The notes beneath the pieces are model-generated. The model was given only the letters and a program-made list of their open reading frames with translations, was not told the origin of the DNA and did no database searches. From positions 1 through 45,042 of the forward strand of contig NIVC01004458.1 in the NCBI GenBank assembly GCA_002269645.1: DNA of 45,042 nt, read 5' to 3'. The stretch is from Macrostomum lignano (Eukaryota). The first letter of the stretch is position 1. Every line of letters starts with the position of its first letter. This document shows positions 1-11,065 of the stretch, piece after piece. A program made the translations under genes and the position numbers.

Positions 1-200
1 GCTGCGTACGGCTGTTCAGTCCAAGGACTATTGGGTCACCACACACACCCTCAATTACCCCAGCTAATGCTGGCACCCATTTTACAGCTGGGTGAACTGA
101 AGCAATGCAGAGTTGAGTGTCTTGCTCAAGGACACAAATTGTTCCATTGGATCGGGAATCGAACTTCGACCTTCAAGTCGTGAGTCCGACGCTCTAACCT
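1..200 (-). mobile_element. tRNA-derived SINE with CORE-like central domain (3' part runs off the window start)
   Basis: The minus strand reads GGTTAGAGCGTCGGACTCACGACTTGAAGGTCGAAGTTCGATTCCCG (partial A box, B box GTTCGATTCC). It is followed by TGTGTCCTTGAGCAAGACACTCAACTCTGCATTGCTTCAGTTCACCCAGCTGTAAAATGGG, which resembles the CORE-SINE consensus GTGACCTTGGGCAAGTCACTTAACCTCT..CAGTTTCCTCATCTGTAAAATGGG (recalled, not searched). Confidence 0.7.
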
Positions 201-363
201 AGGGTCGTGGCTAGCAGGGGGTGTAGCTATAGTGGTTCATGCAATGTCCAATATAACTATGGGGTACTATGAAGCTTTGCCAGCAACGATTGTCACAGAC
301 ATTAAAACAATTCCATATCTCTTGACTCACTTTTGAGCAGCACTGCAGCCGACGTCAAACTCA

Positions 364-812
364 TCAAGTACTGCTCAAATCTTCCGCTTTCCACAAAGTC
401 ACAGCGCTATCGTGAGGCGAGCCGAGCTGTCTCGTCACGTGACTTCCGTTTAGGCCGGCGGGCTGTCCCGATGACTCATTGCTGAGGCTGACTGCCCGAC
501 AGACTCTGGCGGTCTGGTTCAGCTCGGCGACAGCGCAGCCTCGAAGCTGGCACAGCAGCAGGCACTGACTTTCCCAAGCGACTTCGGTCTCGACGAACAA
601 GCTGCTCACAGAGTCACTCAGCTCAACGGAGCCGCCGCGGTAATGAATCGATTGAAGCGTTTGCCACCTTCTGCGTTGGTCACTGAAATTTAAAATATCA
701 TTTACTGCATACGTTTTGTTTTGCGCCAGAGCACCCGACCTTACTTGACCGAAGCTCTATACTCACCGTTATATAAAGTGAACAAAATCGCAAAAATGAA
801 CTCCAAATGCAT
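364..812 (-). CDS. Small secreted PAN/apple-like Cys-motif protein, 128 aa, 2 exons: 745..812 and 364..682
   Basis: ATG at 812 gives hydrophobic MHLEFIFAILFTLYN. The phase-2 donor AA|GTAAGG (744) and acceptor TTTCAG|T (683) define a 62-nt intron and join into one open frame to the TGA at 364. The motif ESQCLLLCQLRGCAVAELNQTARVCRAV matches the PAN spacing C-x3-C-x3-C-x10-C. Confidence 0.55.
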
Positions 813-2714
813 AGCGGAATGAGTTTAGGTTTAGTTACGGTTATTCAAATTAGTTTTCAGTTGCGAATGCAAGCCGTTGGTAATTATAAAGATCCGGATG
901 GGTGGTAGGTTCTGCATTTAATGCCGCCTATGAACAGCAGCTGCAGCCAATCACGCTGCAGGATGCATGAGTGATGGGCCGCTTCCCAAGATTCGTTAGC
1001 TGCAGCCTCAAGACACCATCAATTTAACATACTCTCGCGTGCAAACAGTGACAGCATTATTTCCCTGTCAAACAGCTGGAGCCATCTGGTAAGAAAATTT
1101 TCTTTACCCACATTAAGAATTCCTACAACAAAGCAGTTGTTGCTGGTGAATTTTTGTCTTTACTTTTGTTCCGAAAGCAAGAGCTTTGCCAAGAGCGTTC
1201 CTATAATTAGATTTGCTGCAATTAAGATCTCAATCTCAAGATTCTAACGAAAGAAATAAAGTACAATACAATGATAACTACCAAAATTAATGAGAATATT
1301 AGCTGAAACCTAAAAATCAATTTAGAAAATGACAAGAAGGAAAAACTAAAGCAACTTAGTTTTTCTCTAAATTTCAAATTTTCGTGTTCGTGTTTCTGAA
1401 AAATAGACGACACTTATGAATTACTGTTTAACGTTTTTGACGTACATGTCATTGTGCATGTACACAACCACTGCATGTGTGCGGTCTTTGATCACCAAAA
1501 TTGTAAATTTATCGTTCGTTGCACCAGATTTCAGTTGCAACGTGGTGGCTGCGAAGTTTTCAAGAATACTTGAACACATTCGAGAACTTGGGCGTGGGCA
1601 CCCTGACGCAACGCCTTCGGCGACATCGTCCCACAACCAGCGCTGACGGCAATTCTACCCATTCCAATGGTACGCATGTCAGGCACTCACTCATACACAC
1701 GCTCACACGGGGTGTACATGGCGGCCCGGGCCAAATGTTTACAAGTACATTTAGGTCCATAGCAGCTAAAATAGTTACAGAAAGTCAACGCTAAATAAAA
1801 AGTTCTAGATGCAAAATTAATCTGAATTTCGTCTGTTAGATTATTCGGATCGAGATCGATCGCATTATTTAATTTCAGTGTGCAACTGAGATAAATATAA
1901 ATGTTTATTATATGTTAATAGGAAGTTAATAGGAATTTATTTTCAAACAGTCGCAGACCTCCTAAGATTATCGAATAAAATTCAAATTTAACGCCAACAT
2001 TTGAAGTTTGAAGAAATAAAAAAAATTCAACACTTTTAAAATTCATGAATTTTGGCGCGTATTTGATTTTTTTGGATTTACATACATAACGGATCAGTCC
2101 GTTACCCGATAATAACTCAGTTATTAGATCTTAAACATATATAATATTAGAAGTAACAAAAGACTAAAAATTTTTCTTCATCTTACGGCTTGATTATTGC
2201 GCAAGGAAATTAGTAGCCCCAACGTTATTAAAAATTAATTTCAAACATGGATAATAATTCTGTAGGTGCTACAGTGACTAGAAATGACATCAGAATGTAC
2301 GCTCGTAACTGCCCAAACTGAAAGACCTTCGAATCTCGTTCACACTGATTTGGAGAAGGGGTTAAAATAAACAAAATTTTAGCTGTTTAAACTGGCTGAC
2401 TAGTTAGTAGTGCAGTTAGGATATAGTCAATTTTTTAGTTTTGAGAAAATTAAAAACTTGAAATTGGATAAATATGAACAATAAAAATGAGATCCAAACA
2501 TGGCAATATTTTTGAATTAAAAATTAATTCACTGCATTAGTCTAAGCAATATTGCTAAGTGTTGCTTTGAAGTAAATAATGCATAATTCGATGACTAAGT
2601 GTAAGAAAAATGTGACATTTTGCAAACTATAATAGATATAAACTGAAAAGTTTAGTAAAAGAAAATTAAAAAATCACTGTTATTAAAGCTCAAACGAAAT
2701 TTTCTGACTAATAC

Positions 2715-3610
2715 AACAGGTGACACTCTCCGTCTAACAGGTGACATTCTCTGTCTAACAGGTGAAATTCCTATCTAACAGGTGACACTCTCTGTCTAAC
2801 AGGTGAAATTCCTATCTAACAGGTGACACTCTCTGTCTAACAGGTGAAATTCCTATCTAACAGGTGACACTCTCTGTCTAACAGGTGACACTCTCTGTCT
2901 AACAGGTGACACTCTCTGTCTAACAGGTGACACTCTCTGTCTAACAGGTGACACTCTGTCTAACAGGTGACACTCTCTGTCTAACAGGTGACACTCTCTG
3001 TTTAACAGGTGACACTCTGTCTAACAGGTGACACTCTCTGTCTAACAGGTGACACTCTGTCTAACAGGTGACATTCCTGTCTAACAGGTGAAATTCCTAC
3101 CTAACAGGTGACACTCTCTGTCTAACAGGTTACATTCCTGTCTAACAGGTGACACTCTCTGTCTAACAGGTGAAATTACTATCTAACAGGTGACACTCTC
3201 TGTCTAAAAGGTGAAATTCCTACCTAACAGGTGACACTCTCTGTCTAACAGGTGACACTCTCTGTCTAACAGGTGACATTCCTGTCTAACAGGTGACACT
3301 CTCTGTCTAACAGGTGACACTCTCTGTCTAACAGGTGACACTCTGTCTAACAGGTGACACTCTGTCTAACAGGTGACACTCTTTCTAACAGGTGACACTC
3401 TGTCTAACAGTTGGCACTCTCTGTCTAACAGGTGACACTCTGTCTAACAGGTGGCAATCTGTCTAACAGGTGACACTCTCTGTCTAACAGGTGACACTCT
3501 CTGTCTAACAGGTGACACTCTGTCTAACAGGTGACACTCTCTGTCTAACAGGTGACACTCTGTCTAACAGGTGACACTCTGTCTAACAGGTGGCACTCTC
3601 TGTCTAACAG
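2715..3610. repeat. Minisatellite, 19-21 bp unit (TAACAGGTGACACTCTCTGTC), about 43 copies
   Basis: Tandem units read directly. Variants are GACACTCTGTC and GAAATTCCTATC. Confidence 0.95.
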
Positions 3611-4054
3611 ATTCAACAAAGAATATAAGCAATCACAAATATATACAAAAAAGCAACAACAACGGAAGAAAAAGAATGTTTACATGAGTTTATAATACAC
3701 ATGACAAACCCATTCGACTACAACGTGAAGCTTGTACAGCAATACAAATCGACTGTTCATTTTGACTGTCTACTTTCTCAAAAAAGTGAAATAAATTCGC
3801 ATGCAGCAAGGAATGAAGTACAAAAAAAGTTGAAACAATGCCTTTATTGCACAAAGATTATCAACCAAGCTACATGCTAGGAAAATGTCAGTTACTAATA
3901 CAAAGATTCCACTAGAGCCTACGATTTGTTGATAAATATAATATTGCAATCTGTGTGTGCCTGCTGTGCAAGAATAACTTAACAAACACAATTTATACAT
4001 TTATTTTGCAAAAAGCAACTGCCAGTGAGTCGATTTGATGTGTGAATAGAAATA

Positions 4055-4590
4055 GGGGGAGATGGGGAAGGAGAGGGAGAGATGAGGAAGGAGAGGGAGA
4101 AATGGGGAAGGAGAGGGAGATGGGGAAGGAGACAGAGATGGGGAAGGAGAGAGAGAGATGGGGAAGGAGACAGAGATGGGGAAGGAGAGAGGGAGAGATG
4201 GGGAAGGAAGAAGGGAGAGATGGGGAAGGAGAGAGAGATGGGAAAGGAGAGAGAGATGGGGAAGGATAGAGAGATGGGGAAGGATAGAGAGATGGGGAAG
4301 GATAGAGAGATGGGGAAGGATAGAGAGATGGGGAAGGAGAGAGGGAGAGATGGGGAAGGAGAGAGGGAGAGATGGGGAAGGATAGAGAGATGGGGAAGGA
4401 TAGAGAGATGGGGAAGGATAGAGAGATGGGAAAGGATAGAGAGATGGGGAAGGATAGAGAGATGGGGAAGGATAGAGAGATGGGGAAGGAGAGAGGGAGA
4501 GATGGGGAAGGAGAGAGGGAGAGATGGGGAAGGATAGAGAGATGGGGAAGGAGAGCTATATGGAGAGGAAGAGAGGGAAGAGAATGAGAT
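4055..4590. repeat. Purine-rich minisatellite, about 18 bp unit (GATGGGGAAGGATAGAGA)
   Basis: Almost pure A/G on the + strand. Tandem units read directly. Confidence 0.9.
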
Positions 4591-4762
4591 CACGGAGAGA
4601 GAACATCACAGATGTTAAAAGGTAGATCGGAGATGCAAAGAAAAAGATCAGAGGTAGACAGACTATCTACTTCAATACCTGCGATCGATAACAGACCAAA
4701 TAGATTCGATCAAGACAGTTCAAACCTGAAGCATACTTCAGTTCCCAAAATCTCCAATGAGC

Positions 4763-5118
4763 TCATCGACTCGCTCTTGTGCGGAATTTCAAGATCAGAA
4801 AGCACAGGCCGCGCAGAATGACAAAGAACATGCACAGCACGATGAAGTCCACGTAGATCTTGGCTCCGTCCGCGCTGAAGAACTTCAAAAAGAAGTCCGG
4901 ATCGCTGAGACAGGGAGCCAGACTCTCTGAAGAGTCGGCGCTGGCATCCGGGTTGCACTCGAGATGGTTGCGATTCATGCCGTAGATGATCTGCAGCACC
5001 GCTTCGAATGCGTAGCGCACGTAGGAGCAATAGCTGAGCCACTGCAGGTACACCGGGATGGTGCTGAATGTGACAAAGAAGCCGCTGAACAGCAGGATTG
5101 GGATGGCCGTGACTGGGC
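4763..5118 (-). CDS. ABCG1: ABCG exon 8 (last TMD helices, stop)
   Basis: Acceptor CGCAG|GC (phase 1). Encodes [14 protein letters not shown]...LKFRTRASR*. Confidence 0.92.
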
Positions 5119-8100
5119 CTGCGACCGGGTGGGGGGGGGCTCCGTGACTCACTGCCACATCAGTGACTCAGTGTTTTATCAGTATCTTATCAGTGACTCA
5201 GTGTTTTCTTATCAGTGACTCAGTGTTTTCTTATCAGTGACTCAGTGTTTTCTTATCAGTGACTCAGTGTTTTCTTATCAGTGACTCAGTGTCTTATCAG
5301 TGACTTAGTGTCTTATCAGTGACTCAGTGTTTTCTTATCAGTGACTCAGTGTTTTCTTATCAGTGACTCAGTGTCTTATCAGTGACTCAGTGTTTTCTTA
5401 TCAGTGACTCAGTGTTTTCTTATCAGTGACTCAGTGTTTTCTTATCAGTGACTCAGTGTTTTCTTATCAGTGACTCAGTGTCTTATCAGTGACTCAGTGT
5501 CTTATCAGTGACTCAGTGTTTTCTTATCAGTGACTCAGTGTTTTCTTATCAGTGACTCAGTGTTTTCTTATCAGTGACTCAGTGTTTTCTTATCAGTGAC
5601 TCAGTGTCTTATCAGTGACTCAGTGTCTTATCAGTGACTCAGTGTTTTCTTATCAGTGACTCAGTGTCTTATCAGTGACTCAGTGCCTTATCAATGACTC
5701 AGTGCCACATCAGTGACTCAGTGTTTTATCAGTGTCTTATCAGTGACTCAGTGTTTTCTTATCAGTGACTCAGTGTTTTATCAGTGTCTTATCAGTGACT
5801 CAGTGTTTTCTTATCAGTGACTCAGTGTCTTATGTATGACTCAGTGTCTTATGTATGACTCAGTGTCTCATCAGTGACTCAGTGTTTTCTTATCAGTGAC
5901 TCAGTGTTTTCTTATCAGTGACTCAGTGTTTTCTTATCAGTGACTCAGTGTTTTCTTATCAGTGACTCAGTGTCTTATCAGTGACTCAGTGTCTTATCAG
6001 TCACTCAGTGTTTTCTTATCAGTGACTCAGTGTTTTCTTATCAGTGACTCAGTGTTTTCTTATCAGTGACTCAGTGTTTTCTTATCAGTGACTCAGTGTC
6101 TTATCAGTGACTCAGTGTTTTCTTATCAGTGACTCAGTGTCTTATCAGTGACTCAGTGCCTTATCAATGACTCAGTGCCACATCAGTGACTCAGTGTTTT
6201 ATCAGTGTCTTATCAGTGACTCAGTGTTTTCTTATCAGTGACTCAGTGTTTTCTTATCAGTGACTCAGTGTCTTCTTATCAGTGACTCAGTGCCTTATCA
6301 ATGACTCAGTGCCACATCAGTGACTCAGTGTTTTATCAGTGTCTTATCAGTGACTCAGTGTTTTCTTATCAGTGACTCAGTGTTTTCTTATCAGTGACTC
6401 AGTGTTTTCTTATCAGTGACTCAGTGTCTTCTTATCAGTGACTCAGTGTCTTATGTATGACTCAGTGTCTTATGTATGACTCAGTGTCTCATCAGTGACT
6501 TAGTGAATTAGTGCCTCATCTGTGACTCATTAATTTCTCATCAGTGTCTCATGTCTCTCACTGTCTCAATCACATTCTCTGTATCGCACTCTTAAAATCT
6601 TACTTACCAATCTTAACTCCTCAATCTCAATCTCTCAAATCTCACAGAATCTCACTCGCCCAAATCTCACCCAGGAAGATGGCTGATTCCAGATTCGTAG
6701 CCGCCCCAATCAGCAGGCCGAAGCTCTGCGCCACCAAGCTGGTCTGCACGCAGATGGTCAGAAATAGAAAGTAGCGCATGAACTCCAGCGGCTGGGCGGT
6801 CATGAAGTACACGATGGTGCCATAGATGACTGGAAAGATCACTTGAAATGGCAGATCGGCGAGTGTCTTGGCCAAGTAGTAGGCCTTCACGCTGTACCAA
6901 TAGTTCAGGTGTTCACGCAGGAATATGTTCATCTCCATCGGAACTGCAGGTTTGGGGGAAATGTTTATTGCTAGGACTCTTTGGTGCGGCAATTTATAGA
7001 TCAAAGGAAATGAGGGAGGGTAAAGGGGTGGTGGCATTTGAAAAAAGATCAAAGTAAATAGAGAAGGTAGAGGAGTGCCGGCATTTGATAAGAGATCAAA
7101 GGAAATAGAGAAGTGTAGAGGTGGTGGCGGCAATTGACAAAGGATCAAAGGAAATAGCTATGGGGAAGGTAGAGAGAGTGGCGGCATTTGTTAAAAGATC
7201 AAAGGGAATAGCTAGGGGGAGGTAGAGAGAGTGGCGGCATTTGTTAAAAGATCAAAGGGAATAGCTAGGGGGAGGTAGAGAGAGTGGCGGCATTTGATAA
7301 AAGATCAAAGGAAATAGGAGAGAGAGTAAAGAGTGGCGGTATTTGATAAAAGATCAAAAGAAATTGGAGAGGTTAGAGGAAGTGGCGACATTTAATGAGA
7401 GGTCAAAGGAAACAGTTCGTAGCAGAAGAAGGGTAATGGGAATAGCGGAAATTTGTAAAAGATCAAAGGAAATAGCTAGGGGGAGGGTAAAGGCAGTGGC
7501 GGAAATTTGTAAAAGATCAAAGGAAATAGCTAGGGGGAGGGTAAAGGCAGTGGCGGCAATTTATAAAAGATCAAAGGAAATAGCTAGGGGGAGGGTAAAG
7601 GCAGTGGCGGCAATTTATAAAAGATCAAAGGAAATAGCTAGGGGAGGGTAAAGGCAGTGGCGGCAATTTGTAAAAGATCAAAGGAAATAGCTAGGGGGAG
7701 GGTAAAGGCAGTGGCGGCAATTTATAAAAGATCAAAGGAAATAGCTAGGGGGAGGGTAAAGGCAGTGGCGGCAATTTATAAAAGATCAAAGGAAATAGCT
7801 AGGGGAAGGGTAAAGGCAGTGGCGGCAGTTTATAAAAGATCAAAAGAAACAGGGGAAGAGAAAAATAAAACAAAAAATCTGTCTATTAAAACTCACAGGT
7901 GAGAACGGTGGGCATCAGAGCTGTGAACATGAGAAACAGCATACAGAAGAACAGACAGCCCGCATTCGATTGCACTTTTAATCCGTCGTTTCCGATTTTA
8001 AAGTACAGCATGCCGATCAAGAGGCCAACGGAGACGTGGCTGAGCAGCCGGAGACGAGTCAGTTGCTAGGGAAATCGGGATTGGGAGAAAATTCAATGCG

Positions 8101-10938
8101 ATTTATATGGGATAAATACTATTAGTACGTAGAAATAATATCTTATCTAATCATTGTTCTCACCGTGTCACGAATGATTGACAGGAAGGTGCGAACGTAC
8201 AGCACTCGAAATTGATTGAGGGTGCCTGTGCTAAAATGTCCGGTGCGGCTGTCGTCCTGGAAGTATGGCAATCAATAATTTGTTCGAAAATCGGTGTTTG
8301 AGAGGTCAAAGTGCTTTCACAGAACTTCTATCTTTATCATTATTACAAACAACACGAAACGCAATCTGAAACTATTGTAGAAACTAAGGTTGTGCACATC
8401 TGAGAGGCTGCTGGCCCAGCAACTGCGGATCTGGAAGGCTGGCTCAGCAGCTGAGGATCTGGGAGGCTGGTGGCCCAGCAACTGCGGATCTGGGAGGCTG
8501 GCTCAGCAACTGAGGATCTGGGAGGCTGGTGGCACAGCAACTGAGGATCTGGGAGGCTGTCCCAGCAGCTGAGGATCTGGGAGGCTGGTGGCACAGCAAC
8601 TGAGGATCTGGGAGGCTGGCCCAGCAACTGAGGATCTGGGAGGCTGGCCCAGCAACTGAGGATCTGGGAGGCTGGCTCAGCAACTGAGGATCTGGGAGGC
8701 TGGTGGCACAGCAACTGAGGATCTGGGAGGCTGGCCCAGCAACTGAGGATCTGGGAGGCTGGCCCAGCAACTGAGGATCTGGGAGGCTGGCTCAGCAACT
8801 GAGGATCTGGGAGGCTGGTGGCACAGCAACTGAGGATCTGGGAGGCTGGCCCAGCAACTGAGGATCTGGGAGGCTGGCCCAGCAACTGAGGATCTGGGAG
8901 GCTGGCTCAGCAACTGAGGATCTGGGAGGCTGGTGGCCCGGCAACTGAGGATCTGGGAGGCTGATGGCCCAGCAACTGAGGATCTATGAGGCTGGTGGCC
9001 CAGCAACTGAGGATCTGGAAGGCTGACAAAGCAACTGCGGACGTGGGGGGGGGTTGGCCCAGAAATGGAAGATCTGGGAGGCTGGTGGCCCAGCAACTGA
9101 GGGAAAAAGTAAGTCGTACATACTAAAAATAGTTTGTCGATAGGAACTAAAATGCATCATTATAACTAAAATCGCGAAGCAAAAGCTTAGCAACAACTAA
9201 AAAATATCAGGGCATAGATATCTGATTGAGCAACAACAAACCGATTACGTGTAAATAAATAATCGTATTATTCATAGGAGAAGACTATAGTATAACAAAT
9301 TAAGGCTAAATAAAAACTTACCTTGACGGAGCTCTCGTTTGCCTAACGTGATATTTTCGTAAGAAAATGTATATCAAACTTTCATAATAAGAGGTTATGT
9401 GAATTACTCTACTTGGTAAGTAGCCAAGCTGCAAATATTATAGTCTAAATTTGCAAAGGATCGTAGAACTTACATTCGAATCTGAATCATTGTTGGCCAG
9501 CGATTGGTCGGGATTTTTGTTAGAATTTGCCGACGAACTTGATGACGACGTAGCGGATGCGTTGTCGGCCAGAATCGCAGCGTCGGCTTTCTCCTTAGCA
9601 ACCGCAGATTTGTAGGCCCGCATAAACTCGGCGCATTGGCCAGAGCGAACCGCCTCAGCGAGAGCGGTCACCATGCACTCGCCTTTCTGCTGATCGCCGT
9701 CCGTCGTAGCCGAATCTTCGCCGGCATCGCCAACTGGAGTCGTTGAATCATCGCCGCAGACGGCCTCCATGAAATAGTCGGTGGGATTGTGATAGCTGGG
9801 ACAGACGAAGCCGCGGGAGGCCAGGTATGGCACCACGGCACCTGCCGGCCCGTTGTACAGGCAGCGACCTTTGGCTACGAAGTACAGCTGGTCGAACATC
9901 TCGAACAGCTTGGCGCTGGGCTGGTGGATGGTGCACACGATGGTACGGCCGCCGAGTGCCAGCTCTTTCAGCAGGCTGACGCACTGGAAGCAGGAGGCGC
10001 TGTCCAGGCCGCTGCGTGGGGTAGGTTGAGGGCCGATTGTCTATAGAGTTTTGCGTTCATTTCGACTGATTTCTCTTAATCTCTAAATCTCTAAATCCCT
10101 CTTTATTTCTGTCTCAATCTCCCTCGTGCTTCCTTGTCTGTCTCCCTCTCCGTTTCTCTTCTCTCTCCGTCTCCCTCTCTGCCTCTCTCTCAATCTCCGT
10201 TTCCCTCGCCCTCTGTCTTTCCCCCTCCCTCTCCCTGTCTTTCCCCCTCCCTCTGCCTTCCCCACTCCCTCTCCGTCTCCCTCTCTCTCTGCCTTACCCT
10301 CTCCCTCTCCGTCTCCCTCTCCCTCTGCCTTACCCTCTCCCTCTCCGTATCCCTCTCCCTCTGCCTTACTCTCTCCCTCTGCCTTACCCTCTCCCTCTCC
10401 GTCTCCCTCTCTCTCTGCCTTACCCTCTCCCTCTCCGTCTCCCTCTCCCTCTCCCTCTCCCTGTTTCCCATCTGCCTCTCTTCCTTTCCTGCACAGTTTC
10501 TCTCCTAGCTCTTAGCCTCAACCCAACATACAAGGCTACACGCATCTCTCTTCCACCATAGCGCTTCTCTCCGTCTGTCCCAACCCCCGTCATACTAGTC
10601 CATCCACATCCCTCATTGAAATTCAACTTCAAGGCCATAGCAATTAATCTACTGATTGCATTATAAATTTTCTGATAAAATTGAGATAGATAGAATAATA
10701 ACCTATTGTAATTTACATATTTATCTGCCAAAATTTTATGGCTGCATCATTAGCATAATTCGGATTACGAGCGCAATTATTAATAAAATTCTCAGTCAAG
10801 AATCAAGAATCAGAAAGCCTCTTTATTGTTCACTAATTAATACAATTTTAAGTCCTGTCACCTTTCAGATATCCCAAGTTTTAGTAAATTATGGATTGTT
10901 TTAAAATTAAAATTATTATTAATTAATTAGAAAAACAT

Positions 10939-10977
<39 letters not shown>

Positions 10978-10980
10978 GGC

Positions 10981-11065
<85 letters not shown>

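Noticed and set aside
150-240. Functional tRNA gene
   Set aside because: The acceptor stem and 5' A-box half are missing, the anticodon stem does not pair well, and it continues into a SINE body.
960-1667. Plus-strand gene from a donor at 1089 and a candidate exon at about 1535-1667
   Set aside because: The splice signals look plausible, but the phase-compatible upstream frame is closed by a stop and no motif is recognisable.
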